This document shows positions 36,643-49,995 of a stretch of DNA of 64,000 nt, piece after piece. The notes beneath the pieces were generated by a model. It was given only the letters and a program-made list of their open reading frames with translations. It ran no database searches and was not told the DNA's origin. The stretch's first letter is position 1. The number at the start of each line of letters is the position of its first letter. Position numbers and translations under genes: made by a program. Source of the DNA: Anolis carolinensis (lineage: Eukaryota); contig NC_085843.1 of the NCBI RefSeq assembly GCF_035594765.1, forward strand, positions 55,784,201 to 55,848,200, written 5' to 3'.

Positions 36643-36739
36643 GGCTGCAGAAGCTGTGCTGAAGGGACAAGTGGAAACCATTGTTTCCTTTCACATTCAA
36701 AATATCTCTAATAAGGCGGAACGAAACACTGTACCTTTA
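36643..36739 (+). CDS. BCL9: BCL9 coding exon 4 (rest of HD1)
   Basis: AAEAVLKGQVETIVSFHIQNISNKAERNTVPL; canonical splice sites. Confidence 0.95.
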
Positions 36740-36936
36740 GTAAGTACATCCACTGGAGGAAAATGGGGATAGAGGTGAGAGGAGGTTGTGCGTGGCATAG
36801 ATGAGAATGTTTTTTGAGTGATTGCTCCAGCTTTAAGGCATAAACAAAATTGGTCAAGTGTAACCTGAATGTTTAGATTTCTTATCCAGATGTTTCTAAG
36901 CTAGAACCATCTAAAATCATTTTGTCTTCTCTTTAG

Positions 36937-39178
36937 AACACACAGATTCCACCACTCCGAAATGATACAAAGCCCCAAGTTCCCTCACAGTTGCCTGTTT
37001 CTCAGGAGCAAACTCCTCCCCAGAATGCCAAAATGCAGCAAACTCCACCCATTCCAGTGCCAGCACCAGCACCAAAATCTACTGGCCCTCCTTGCCCTAT
37101 TGATCAGGACAATCCTGGATTGGAGAGTAAAGGGATGTCTGTAGGAAGTCCTGCAAACTCTACCCCACTGCAAACAGAAGGATTTGGGCAAACCTCAACT
37201 CCTAATAATCGACCAGTTAGTCCAGTGTCCCAAGGGAGCAATAGCTCCACTGCAGACCCTAAAGGTCCCAGCCAGCAGGTATCTGGAGGGGACCCACCAA
37301 ACATGGGTGAAAATCCAGATGGATTGTCCCAGGAACAGCTGGAGCACAGAGAACGTTCGTTGCAGACTCTACGTGATATTCAGCGTATGCTTTTCCCAGA
37401 TGAGAAGGAATTTGCTGGAGGCCAAGCTGGAGGTCCTCCACCAAATTCTGGAGTGTTAGATGGTCCCCAAAAGAAACCAGAAGGCCCAATACAGGCCATG
37501 ATGGCTCAATCCCAAAGTTTAGGCAAAGGGCCTGGACCCCGGACAGAAGGAGGGCCCCCTTTTGGTCCCCAAGGCCACAGAGACATGCCATTCTCACCAG
37601 ATGAAGTTGGACCACCATCCATAAACTCTCAGTCTGGCCCTATAGGACCAGATCATCTGGATCACATGACTCCTGAACAGGTGGCTTGGCTTAAACTGCA
37701 ACAAGAGTTCTATGAGGAGAAGAGGAGAAAACAAGAACAGGTTGTGCAGCAGTGTTCTTTACAGGATATGATGGTTCACCAGCATGGGCCTCGAGGGTTG
37801 GTCAGAGGCCCCCCACCTCCATATCAGATGACCCCAGGTGAAGGCTGGGGACCCGGGGGCCCAGAACCCTTTCCTGAAAGCATGGCTATGCCCCACTCAC
37901 TGCCCCCAAGGGGCATGGCCCCCCATCCCAATGTACCTGGCAGTCAGATGCGGTTGCCTGGATTTCCTGGAATGATAAATCCTGACATAGAGGGCCCCAA
38001 TGTCCCTGTCCCAACTCCCCCATCTAGACCTGGGCTTTCTGGTGTGCCTTGGCCAGAGGATGTGCCAAAACTTCCAGATGGCCGAAACTTCCCTCCCGGG
38101 CAGGGTGTGTTCAGTGGCCCTGGTCGAGGGGAAAGGTTTCCAAATCCTCAGAGCTTGTCTGAGGAAATGTTTCAACAACAGCTAGCCGAAAAACAACTAG
38201 GACTTCCCCCTGGTATGAGCATAGAAGGAATCAGGCCTGGCATGGAGATAAGCCGAATGATTCCCCCTCAAAGACATATGGAGCCTGGCAATAACCCTAT
38301 CTTTCCACGCATGCCAGTTGATGGATCCATGAGTCCCTCCAGAGGAGACTTCCCAAAAGGAATGCAACCTCAGATGACAGCAGGTAGAGAGATGGAATTT
38401 GGGATGGGCCCCAGTAACATGAAAGGAGATGTCAATCTGAATGTTAACATGAGTTCCAATCCACCAATGATACCTCAAAAAATGAGGGAAGCTGGAGTAG
38501 GCCCAGAGGAAATGATGAAGATGCGCCCAGGAGTCCCAGAAATGCTCCCCTCTCAGCAGAAAATGGTACCCTTGCCATTTGGTGAGCACCCCCAGCAGGA
38601 CTACGCAATGGGCCCAAGACCTTTCCATCCAATGTCTCAGGGCCCAGGTGTTGGTCTCCGGAATCACAGAGAACAAGTAGGGCCTGACCAAAGGACTAAC
38701 AACCGGCTTAGCCACATGCCACCACTACCTCTGAACCCCTCCAGTAACCCAAACAGCCTCAACACAGCTCCTCCAGTTCAACGCAATCTAGGACGCAAAC
38801 CTTTGGATGTCTCTGTTGGTGCCAGCCAGGTTCATTCTCCAGGCATAAATCCACTGAAATCTCCCACCATGCGCCAGGTCCAGTCTCCTATGTTGGGTTC
38901 CCCCTCTGGGAACCTCAAGTCCCCCCAGACTCCATCGCAACTGGCAGGGATATTGGCAGGTCCGACTGCTGTAGCCGCTGCTGCTTCAATCAAATCCCCC
39001 CCTGTGATGGGTTCTGCTGCCGCATCTCCTGTCCATCTCAAATCACCGTCCCTCCCTGCACCTTCTCCTGGATGGACTTCATCTCCAAAACCCCCGTTAC
39101 AGAGTCCTGGAATCCCACCCAACCACAAAACGTCTCTTGCCATGTCATCACCAGCCATGATGGGAAATGTTGAATCAG
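36937..39178 (+). CDS. BCL9: BCL9 coding exon 5 (2242 nt; HD2 beta-catenin-binding, HD3)
   Basis: NPDGLSQEQLEHRERSLQTLRDIQRMLF and TPEQVAWLKLQQEFYEEKRRK; TTTAG| acceptor, G|GTCAGT donor. Confidence 0.97.
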
Positions 39179-39248
39179 GTCAGTGCCACTCCTCCAAATC
39201 CTGTTTTTGGTCAGTAATGGTTTCAGTTAGAGGCTAATTACTCAAGAA

Positions 39249-39456
39249 GGCACTGGATCGTATTTGATTCTGGAAGCTAAGCAGAGCTAAGCCTGGTTAA
39301 TACTTGGAAGTAGGGCTAGGTCTACAAGAGAATACTAGATGCTGTAGGCTATATTTTAGAGGAAGACAGTGGCAGGCCACCTCTTGAGTATTCCTTGCCT
39401 AAGAAAAACCTATTTGATTCATGGGGTTGTCATGAGCCAACAAGTGACTTTGAAGA
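39249..39456 (+). mobile_element. 5S rRNA-derived SINE (5S-Sauria-like)
   Basis: GGAAGCTAAGCAGAGCTAAGCCTGGTTAATACTTGGA..GATGCTGTAGGCT resembles the 3' two-thirds of 5S rRNA. It is followed by a SINE tail also seen at about 7470-7550. Confidence 0.75.
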
Positions 39457-40544
39457 TAGGGGGATGCATCTCCCTTCACACATGGATTACAGCACTTCTC
39501 TTAACATGGTTTTTCCCAGTTGCCATTTTTCAGCAGTTTGGTTCATATAAACTCGCTGTTTCTGTTGGTAAAGGGCCTGGGGGAATGTTCTTCCATGGGG
39601 TGGTGGCTTGTAAGGGTGCATTGAATAGTACTAACTGGTGGATGGTACTTCATACTCTGGAGTGATGTGTGCACAGATGGAACAAACTGATGCATCTCTA
39701 TAGTTAAACAACGTAACTTTTGGCATACAGACAAGGTTGCAGGATCTGATCTAATCAGAAGCAGGTCGGCTTTGTCTCCCATCTAAATTTGGAGGGAGTA
39801 CTAATTATGTGTGGACAGGAAGAATGCTTTGCTTAATTCCTGTGATTTCTTGTGCTTCCTGACAATCACAAGAAAATGTAGAATGGGTGTTCTCTGTCAT
39901 GGGATGAATCCTGTGATAATTTTCTGCTGTAAAGAGAACCCTGTAATTGACTGACTGAAATAAGGAAATTTGTAATGGGGATGTTCTCATTAAATAATTT
40001 AGAGTGGGTAAACAGCCCTTGGTAAACACTCTATGCTCTGCCTGACTTCACATATCTTCCTATGGGAGTAAGTTATTGGATCAGAGATTTGGCTCAGATG
40101 CCAGTTGAATTCTTCCATGGATCTTGCCATTCCACAAAATGCAGCTCCCACCCTCCAATCTTGATTTACATGGTCTCATTTGCCCTGCAGAATTGCAAGT
40201 CCCAGTTAATCTTCCAGATTTATAGCTTAAAGGCGACTGACTGCTCTCATCCTACAAGGTTCTAATAAAGCTACTCCCCAGCGTACAGTGTTTGCATGCA
40301 GTTATTTGATGGAGATAGGCTTGGGAGCTCTTCAGCCTGTGAAATCACATTATTCCAGGAATTAGGAAGGCAGCTAAGATACCTGCTGGACTATATTGCC
40401 CTCTAGTGTTTTTGAGTAATAGCTGCAATGGCATGCAATAGCATGTTTGCCTTTTTAGATAGTTGAGTGTCTGAAACAGCTTGTCAAGTGGATTTTCCAA
40501 GCATGACTGTGGCTTTTCAATTCAAAGGCATAGCCATACTAGTC

Positions 40545-40745
40545 TGGATCAGTTTGCAGAAGGAACTTGTAACGCCTTTTGGACTGAGAGAAGTTGGTAG
40601 CATAAGCTTTTGTAGACCACACATTTCATCAAATGTGTGGAGTACAGTGAGAGATGAAGTAGATTTAAGTCTACAAAAGCTTATGCTATCAGCGTTTTTC
40701 TCTCATTTAGTCTCAGAGGTGCTACAAGATCCATTTGTATACTGT
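40545..40745. mobile_element. Inverted pair of Penelope-like terminal-repeat fragments
   Basis: About 40582-40630 is the reverse complement of about 40653-40712 (GTCTACAAAAGCTTATGCTA core). Confidence 0.55.
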
Positions 40746-41358
40746 GCTTTTCAAAAAAGGCATACACTTTGGAAAAATTATTGTGAATACCATAAAGCCC
40801 CCTTTACACAGCCCTCCACCTCTGATCTGGACAACCCACAGCTTGTATTATCTCCACCTTTACAGTACATGAATGCCTGAGGTGGTGAGACCCACAGGTA
40901 GATCACAAGACTGTGGTGCGATATATCACTGATGTTGAAAATCAGACATGGAGTCCCTTTTATACTCAGTTAATGTAAGAAGCCATGACAAAGACTAAAG
41001 TGGCATTTTGTTAAAATTTGAATTAAATTTGAATTAAAAATTGCATTTGAATTAAAATGACTTGTACCATTATGTAATCAAACACCAAATACAACTGGAA
41101 TAAGGTTTTTTTCCTTCTATTTTTCACTTGATGTTTTGGCTTATGGGAGTTAATATCCAGTTAAGACCCAGTTTATTTCATTTATGCATCCATTCAGTCT
41201 GTCCTAGTCTAGAGTGAAATCTCACTGACAGGATATAAAAAAATCTGCATTCTAAAGTAAATAATTTAATGTTGTTTTTTTCTTATTTTGTGGAGAAAAA
41301 GAAAATAATGTTTAACGTATTGGTTAGCTCTTTTATATTGAGCCACCATTTTGTAATA

Positions 41359-41681
41359 CAGTGTTCCCTCACTTATCGCTGGGTTTAGGTTCCAGGACCA
41401 CCCGCAATAAGTGAAAATCTGCAAAGTAGGGACACTATATTTATTTTAATATTTATACATTATTTTAGTAGTTATACGCTATTTTAAGTCTTTATCAACC
41501 AATCGTGTGTTGATAAATCACCTCCTTCTCCTCCCGTTGCCACTTAGGCTCCTTTTTTCTCCCTTCAGTTTCTCCTTCCTCCCTTCTTGTAATTTTTTAT
41601 GATTTATAATAGTCTTTTAGAGTTTATTGAAAAACCGTGAAACAGCGAATCTGTGAACCGTGAAGTAGTGAGGGAACACCG
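41359..41681. mobile_element. Tc1/mariner MITE
   Basis: TIR CAGTGTTCCCTCACT / AGTGAGGGAACACCG, TA flanks; close copy at 52366-52705. Confidence 0.88.
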
Positions 41682-42154
41682 TAGTTACTGAATTCTACTA
41701 GCTGTTTGGCATTACTTTGTATGTGTACATGGAGAAAATCGTGCTTAATCATGTTAGATGATCTGATCTTGAAACTTCCTTAATCTATCAGATGTCTAGG
41801 ATGTGTTTGTGTGCTGAAATTTGTGGAAGCTGCTTTTTTGAAATATAGAATTACCTATATAGGCTAGGGATTCTGGCCATTATAGCCCAAAAAGTCATTT
41901 TGCATAGTGAAGGATTAGGTGTCTTGAAAATCCCAAGGTTCATCTCCTGTCATCTTCAGAGAACCTCAGCCAGTCGGATGATAGGCAAGATTAGGTAAAC
42001 CAATGTTTTGACTGTGTAGAGTAGCTTCTTATGAACACATTGACATTGAGTCTAGAGCACCAAAAATACTTGAGGTCACAGACCTGTAGAGGAGCTCCCT
42101 AAGGGTAATGTTAGATAAGTGTCGACAATGAGTTAACTTGTACTTTTTTTAAAG

Positions 42155-42415
42155 GTGGCCCACCCCCTTCAACGGTTAGCCAGGCTGCTCCTGTGACTCT
42201 TCCTGGAAACCTTCCTTCAAGCAGTCCGTACACAATGCCCCCAGAGCCCACCTTGTCTCAAAACCCTCTCTCCATCATGATGTCCCGGATGTCCAAGTTT
42301 GCAATGCCTAGTTCGACACCGCTCTACCATGATGCTATCAAGACGGTAGCCTCCTCAGATGATGACTCTCCCCCAGCGCGTTCCCCAAATTTGCCGCCAA
42401 TGAACAATCTTTCGG
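42155..42415 (+). CDS. BCL9: BCL9 coding exon 6
   Basis: GPPPSTVSQ..EPTLSQNPLSIMMSRMSKFAMPSSTPLYHDAIKTVASSDDDSPPARSPNLP; AAAG| acceptor, G|GTAAG donor. Confidence 0.96.
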
Positions 42416-44366
42416 GTAAGAAACAAATCCCCCGAGGTTGCTGCACTTAATAGATAATAGAACTTCATGCTGTTTGTGTGCCAGAGGAAGAAGATATTAA
42501 GAAAAATAGCAATTGCTGTGTAATTTACAGAAACTTGTTCAATATCCCTGTTGCAGCTGAGACATTGCAAGAGTTCATGGTGCTAAATGTAAAATTTACA
42601 TCAGAGTAATTGAATGTTACGTTTAGCAAGAGGTTTTTCCGGCAAAGCAGCGATTCCCAAACTCTTGTCCTCCAGGGGTTTTGGATTTCTACTCCCATAA
42701 GCGTCACCTGCTTTGACAAGTGATCAGGAATTCTACAGGGCCAGAGGGCCAACATTTGAGATGCATTGCTGTAAATAGTTCCAGAAATTAGTGTGTCATC
42801 CTCCCTTCCTTCAAATTCCATCACCAGCACTTTTGTGTATTTTTCCATGTGGAGTATTGTGACTTTCCAATTTTGGAGCCAATACTTGTTTTCATTGAAT
42901 AGGATAAAAGAGTGGGGATTCCTCTTTCATCTGAGAAGTTTACATAAAAGGATATGAATTAATTCTCTATTTAAGAATCATTCTGATGTTCAGTGTGTTA
43001 CTACAGTAGACAGGTCATGTGTGTACTCTTAGTTCTCACACATGTCTTGCAAAAAGTGAGCAGATAGTAATTTTATTTTAGGCTAAGTGGAGTTTAAAAT
43101 GGTATTGAGCTGTGTCAAGCTGATGTGAATGGTGAGGCCTTGGCTTCCAAAGATGTGGTCCTGTTGTTGATTGAAACTCCAGGATAGTCAGGCTTTATCA
43201 GGAGTGGGGAGTTTGTGGGCTACATCTCCCATCAGCCCTAGATGGGCAGCAGTGAGGGATGATGTGGGTTATAGTACATCTGTAGAGGGCCCCATTTTGC
43301 TTACCGCTATGGTAGATGGTACAATTCTTGTTTTGTGAAGGCACCCATTTTTCTTCAATAAGCACGTTGGAAACAAAGATGACAAAGTTTTCCAGCAGTA
43401 AAGTTCAGTGATGCTGTTGTGGAATATATTAGGCTGGATTCCTACTGATCTTACTTATTTCTTCATTGGATTATCTACTCCTGTGAGGCTATTCTTTGCC
43501 TAAAATAATGGTACTTCCTTGTAACATCCTTTTTTCTCATTAGAGCATTACTAAATGTTTTCTACTGCCAGACTACATTAATGGTTTTCATACTTTTAGG
43601 AAGATACTGATAATATCCTTTCTGATATTTGACTATTGCTTCTGGGCATGCACTGAGCTAAGAAAGTGGTATGTTCTCAAGGCTTGGTCTTAATGAACTG
43701 CCAGCACCCTAGGTTGCCTTTAAATTCTTTACAGCAAGAATGTGTAACTAGAAATCGTGTGGCTGCAGTTCATTTCTCACTTTCATTGTATAATTTAGGG
43801 TGATTGAGGTGTATTCAGTTTAGTAATATCTGAAATACTCTTAGGTTGCTCATGTTCCAGTGTAACAGGTAAGTCATATAGTACCTTAGCCAGCCTGAAA
43901 CATCCACTTTTGTTAGTTGTATTTGTGCGATCAGCATAAGAGCGTAAATCCATACACAAAATAAGTGAATTTGCCTCACCCCTCTATAATTGCTCATGTG
44001 AAAAATTATGTAAGTATCTTGTGAATAAGGAAACTGGAAAAACCAGGGCTCAGGCTTCAGTGGAAAATCTCTGTGGACAGAGGAGACTCTATATATTACA
44101 AATCCCTTTTTCTGCTAGGACAAAGGGGTGTGGAGCTGGCACACTCACTTCCTCATTATGTCCAACACTTAAAGAGGGCTTTATTGTAAGTGGAAAATAA
44201 GAGTCCATAAGGCCAAATACTCTGGAAGAATCATGAATTGAATGCAATAATGAGGACTATAGATACCTTAAAAGTTTGGGGAAAGGGGATTTGTAGTAAA
44301 ATTTCATAATAGAAAGTTTTTTCTCTTCATTTACTTTGTTCTCCTTTTATTTTTCTCTCTCCCTAG

Positions 44367-45469
44367 GCATTAATTCCCAGAATCCTCGTCTTTCAGGTCC
44401 TAACCAGTCGGGCCCGATGCCAACTCTTAGCCCAATGGGAATGACTCAGCCTCTAACTCACACTAACCAGATGCCCTCTCCAAATGCTATGGGGCCCAGT
44501 ATACCTCCTCATGGGGTCTCTGTTGGACCCGGCCTCATGTCACATAATCCAATGATGGGTCATGGTTCCCAAGAGCCGCCAATGGTACCTCAAGGACGCC
44601 TGGGCTTCCCACAGGGCTTTCCTCCAGTACAGTCACCTCCCCAGCAGGTGCCATTTCCACACAATGGACCTAGTGGAGGACCAGGCAGCTTTCCAGCTGG
44701 AATGAGCTTCCATGGTGAAGGACCTCTGGGGCGTCCCACCAACATGCCCCAAAGTTCAGCAGATCCAGCACTTTGCAAGCCTGGAGGTCCTGTGGGACCA
44801 GACGCTTTCACTGTCCTAGGAAATAATATGCCTTCAGTTTTTACTGATCCAGATCTGCAGGAAGTGATTCGCCCTGGAGCCACTGGAATACCAGAATTTG
44901 ACCTATCCAGGATTATTCCATCTGAGAAGCCTAGCCAGACACTACAATATTTCCCTCGTGGGGAAGTGCCAGGCCGCAAGCAACCCCAGGGTGTTGGGCC
45001 TGGCTTTTCTCACATGCAGGGGATGATGGGAGACCAGAATCCAAGAATGGGGCTGGCATTACCTGGCATGGGAGGCCCGGGGCCAGTGGGCACACCAGAT
45101 ATCCCCCTCGGAACAGCATCCTCCATGCCAGGCCATAACGTAATGAGACCACCTGCCTTTCTGCAACAAGGCATGATGGGACCTCACCACCGGATGATGT
45201 CACCAGCACAAACAGCAATGCCTGGCCAACCCACTCTTATGAGCAACCCAGTAGGCATGATCCCAGGCAAGGACCGAGCTCCTGCTGGGCTCTATAGCCA
45301 CCCAGGACCTGTGGGTTCCCCTGGCATGATGATGTCAATGCAGGGCATGATAGGACCCCAACAGAACATCATGATTCCTCCACAGATGAGACCCCGGGGC
45401 ATGGCTGGTGATGTAGGCATGGGAGGATTTAGCCAAGGCCCTGGAAACCCAGGGAACATGATGTTTTAA
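44367..45469 (+). CDS. BCL9: BCL9 last coding exon
   Basis: DPDLQEVIRPGATGIPEFDLSRIIPSEKPSQTLQYFP..GNPGNMMF*. The joined CDS is 4263 nt = 1420 aa plus stop. Confidence 0.96.
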
Positions 45470-46489
45470 GCTGCTACATAAAGACTGGATGGTTCCAATC
45501 CTTGTTGAGATGAGATTCCAGGTCCTGACAGCTCCAGGAGCACAGTTTGGCCATGCAATAGGTGAAAACGGACCAGAGGATGCTTTGGGAAATCTCGAAT
45601 GTATGGAATTACCTGAAAACAAATGAATTCATTTTAACAGGTTGTTTTTTTAAGATTTATTTTTTAAAAATTATTTTTGTGTACTTGGGTATCCTGTGAT
45701 GGCACCTGCTTTGAGAATCTGTAGCTGTATTTTGAGAATTGCCATTTGTCACAAGTTGCACCATTCTCTGTATGTTTACGTCCTTTGGACTGACTTCTCC
45801 CAGGACTCTGTTATTTTGGGGGGTTATTTTTGTGTACTGTACTATATTGTAAAAGGGATTTTAGCAGAGACTTTAGTCTTTGGGGTGAGAGGCTGTTTAC
45901 TTTTAGGTGGAAAATCCATCTTCAAAACTTTGGACTATTTTCCTTCAACTCCAATGTATAGAAAAACCAAACTACGACCTCAGAGCAGAGTATTAATGAA
46001 AAGCACAAAAGGAACTTAAGTTCAGTGAGGGGGAATCTTTTAAAAAAAATAAGTTAAGGACATATTTTTCAAATTATGGAGTGCTGTCCAGCACCTTTTT
46101 GTCTCTCCCTCCCACTTCTTTAAAAAAAAGCCTCTTGGTCCTCCCTACCCCTTTACTGTCGTCTCCTCTGGCAGCTGCAATACATTGTATTATTTTGGGG
46201 AGCATATCTAGGAGAGCCCCTTCTCATGCTGGGAGTGATGCCACTTTCAGGAAGAGGCTGGACTTTGACACTGTTACATCCTACAGTAGTCTTACTGTTT
46301 CTTATATCCCTTTTCTTAGAAACCCTGCCCCCCCCCCCCCAAGTGACTATTAACGTGGGAGTGGATCAGACACTAAAAGTTATCCTGACTTTTTTGTGGC
46401 TATTTTTTTTGTTCCCCAGCGTAAAACGTTCTGTGTAACCTCCATTAAATTTGGTACAAAACCACTTGCCAGGGCTGTGGTGTCAGAAA

Positions 46490-46495
46490 AATAAA
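46490..46495 (+). terminator. BCL9: BCL9 polyadenylation signal
   Basis: AATAAA about 1.0 kb after the stop, followed by U-rich sequence. Confidence 0.7.
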
Positions 46496-48297
46496 ATATA
46501 TTGTTTCTTACAAAAAACAAACAAACCCTGAACCATTTCTTTTTTTCCCTCTCCTCTAGTGATGCCATTTGGTAGCTCTTCAAAGCTTGCCTTTTGTGTT
46601 TGGTAAAATTATTTTTCAGTTTGTTTCAAAGTACTTCTGAGTAAAGTTTTACATTGCAAGCCCGATAAAGACACATTTTCAGCCATAACACAACTTGATC
46701 TACCTTAAATTGTATTACTTGCACATTTTATTATTTGCTCTCAATTGTGTTTCAGTTCTGCTCAGTGTACAAAAGACAGGGCGAGCACAGTCTCATTCCC
46801 GCTCATGAGTGCATAGGGCTGGGGAAACAATTTGCCTTGTCATACCGCAATCTTCACAGGTTGCAGCATTTCTACAAGTCTTAGAAATCATGTTCCTCAA
46901 TACAACCAGATTCTGGGGAAATTTGCTGAGGCTTAAGGGACAGGGTTAAGGGACTTTATATACAGGTCCTTGAAGTTTAGTCATGCTAAATTGTGTTCTA
47001 GAGTAACAAGTGCCTTGCACTCTTAAAACAACCAAAATCTCTTACATGCTATCTTTTTATAGCTGGAACTTGAATGCCATAAGATATTTATACCTGATAA
47101 CTTAAGGGTTTTTATCCACAAGGCTGAAAATCCTCATTTGTTAGGAATTTCAAAACTTTACCTAACATTTTGTTCCAATCAATCTGTGCCTAGCTTCCAT
47201 TCTCTGCAAGAAACCATAGTTTAGTTTCTGTTGCAATCATTATTGTATCTGGTTTTGGATCCAACTTCTGTTTATATGCAGCTGAGGAAAAACTGAAGAG
47301 CAGTAACAACCAGTTCTTCTGGATTAGCATTGTTCAACACTTCCCATTGTTTACAGATGTAAACTTCCAGCAAACTAAAACTGGCTTTTTCTTCAAGTCC
47401 CCCGTCTAGTGCTATGCAGTGCTTTCAAAACATCACAAAGCTAAGTCAGCCTGCTCAACTTAACTCATGTTGCAACAGATAGCAACCACTTAGAATCCTC
47501 TGATAAGTATTCATGTCTTTGACACTTAACAGCTTTGGGTATTAAATACTATTTGGAATGTGGTCTTGACACTGTCCACAGCCATTCTTTTAACCTGCTT
47601 GCATCTGGTTATATCTATCCAGGCTCTCTGAGCTGCTGTAACCTCAGCTTTAACTTGGCAGCATCAATAATGAAAGCCATTTTTGTAATGCTTTTATAAC
47701 CAATCTCCAACCACCCAGTAAAGTGACTTCTACAGTGTTCTGAGTAATAGACTTCATCCTAGATAATAGCTGAAGTTTCTGAAAAGAAGCATGGTTACTA
47801 AGGTACTCTGGAACCAAGATAAAGTTAGATGGATGTGGAAGAGTCCTTGGTCCTATATGTATTAAAATGTGATGGGAATTTGTTAATTTCCCATATCAAT
47901 GTGATAAATATTAACCAGGATATGTGAGAAATTGATGTCTGTTAAGATTCAACATTGCTGAAGGTCATTCTCTGTCAGTATGAAGTGAAAATGAAAAACC
48001 AAAATAAGTGGCAGGTGTAGGATATCCTATAAATCTAGTGCTCTTTGTGCGAAGAGAATTGTGGCATAGTCTGGTTAACCACTTCCAATTCTTGTAGTAT
48101 GTGGAGTATCTTGAGATGTGGTATGTGGCATATATTTTCATTTTGGTGCTTGTTTCCAAAATGGGGCATTACTGAGGCAGGCTAATTACAATGACATGTA
48201 AACTGTCAAGTTAAACCATGAGTGACTAATGCTTTGCTTTTATGGGGTTGAGAAAGAGGAAGTTATAACAACGTATTTAAGCATTCTTCTTAATCAG

Positions 48298-48429
48298 TCA
48301 TCTGTTAAAAGTGTCTGTCTGGGAACAAAGTATTTTATATTCCTCAGGCTTCACACTATAGTTCGAAAGAGCACTCAGGAAGTCCTCCAGTGGACAGAGA
48401 CCAGCTCTGCATCCTCCTGGAACCTGTTC
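48298..48429 (-). CDS. ACP6: ACP6 exon 10 (last)
   Basis: [43 protein letters not shown]; TTACAG| acceptor. The joined CDS is 1245 nt = 414 aa plus stop. Confidence 0.92.
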   Translation of the reverse strand, partial: EQVPGGCRAGLCPLEDFLSALSNYSVKPEEYKILCSQTDTFNR

Positions 48430-48778
48430 CTGTAAGAAGAAAAAAACCGCAAATCACCGCATGATAGACATTACTATCACTCATCTATATCCTGGATTGT
48501 TCCATAGTCTTTCACCCTGGACCAGGTTAATAAGAACTGGAATTCAGCAAAATTTGGAGAGCCATACGCTTTCCTGTTTGTTTAGGCTGCATCAAAATGA
48601 ACGAAGTCGCTTTGAAAAAAGTAAATGGCTAGAAAAGAGCTTGAAGCTAGGTAGTTATTTAAACATCCTATGGATTAGCTTCAGTAAGCTGCTTGATATT
48701 GTATTTGCCAAGTATTCAGATGAAGCATAAACCTGAGTTGGATACTCACTGTCTGCCCAATGTCAAGCAAGTCCATAC

Positions 48779-48938
48779 CTCACCATTATAGGTCAACCGT
48801 ATAAACCAATCCTTCGACTGCTGGTACAGCTCTAGGGTCACGTCTGCAGCATATGGAGGCCACTTGGAATTAAAGACTCCCAGAGCTATCAGCAATGGAA
48901 AAAGGGTGACATCGTGGACAGCATACAGAATGAGCTTC
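48779..48938 (-). CDS. ACP6: ACP6 exon 9 (catalytic HD motif)
   Basis: [43 protein letters not shown]; canonical splice sites. Confidence 0.93.
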
Positions 48939-49352
48939 CTAAGGCAACATCAAGATAATCATAATTCAATTTTAGGTTAGCCACAGACATATATCCACCA
49001 TATAAATAATTTATCTCAGCTACATTTTCTATTTACATAATATCTTTTCTTACAGACAGGTTTCTTCAGTGCATCAAGAACAATTCAATTGAATGGGGGT
49101 CTTTAGATTTTGCATACAAATGTCTCATCACGCTTGTTCATCTGACACTACCTGTATAATATGCATTCAAAGACGAAGTCATGTTTAAACTATCAAATTT
49201 ATAAGTGGGCTTTCCACAGTAAGGAATTCAATCTAGAAATCTCTTTAAGACATAACAGCATGTATATCCTTTTCTTGGAAAAAAGTTTATTCTCTTGGAA
49301 TGAAGAAAAATAATCTTCACATCATTAAAGTACAGAATTAGTTACTGTACGT

Positions 49353-49487
49353 CAGATTTTCTCAAACCGTGCTCCTCCAGATGTTTTGGACTTCAGTTCC
49401 CACAATTCCTAACAGCTGGTAAACTGGCTAGGATTTCTGGGAGCTGAAGTCCAAAACACCTGGAGGAGCACAGTTTGAGAAACACTG
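49353..49487. mobile_element. Short palindromic hAT MITE
   Basis: Same family as 15932-16066; TSD CTGTACGT/CTGCAAGT. Confidence 0.75.
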
Positions 49488-49899
49488 CTGCAAGTTCATG
49501 GATAAATTCATGGTCAGTAAGGCTATTTCTAATATCAAAAACACTATCCTTCTGAATTCTAGTTGCCACAGTCCCCATATGCTCACATCCACCTTCTTGG
49601 TGGTTCATCACTGTGAGAACAAAATAATGGAATTACACAAGCCTTTGGTTTATACAAGGTGGCTATTATAAAGTCATCACAACTTTCTTCTATTTCCTCA
49701 GCATTTAGCTTTTTAAAAGTGTTTTAACCCCCCCCCCCCCCAATTCAAAAATAACTACTCTCAATGTTTGTCTATTGTTCTCGTCTGCAATTTTAGCACG
49801 GTATTTCTACCGGCTTGTACTTATTAGGATGAGCTGTACTTTACAAAGCCTTCCTGGAGGCTGCAAGAGAAGAAGAAACAGAGACTGCAGTCTTCATAC

Positions 49900-49995
49900 C
49901 TGGCCTTGATCTCAGGAGAAGGAGGATTTATTGCCCCCCTAATGTTTTCCTCTATTGCATAGAGAAGAGGTCCAACTGACATTTGAAGAGTCTCC
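49900..49995 (-). CDS. ACP6: ACP6 exon 8
   Basis: ETLQMSVGPLLYAIEENIRGAINPPSPEIKAR; TGTAG| acceptor, |GTATGA donor. Confidence 0.9.

Noticed and set aside
37104-39158. Antisense ORFs over the large BCL9 exon
   Set aside because: Shadow frames of Pro/Gly-rich coding sequence.
39249-39350. 5S rRNA gene
   Set aside because: It is 5'-truncated, diverged and fused to a SINE tail, so it is a SINE head.
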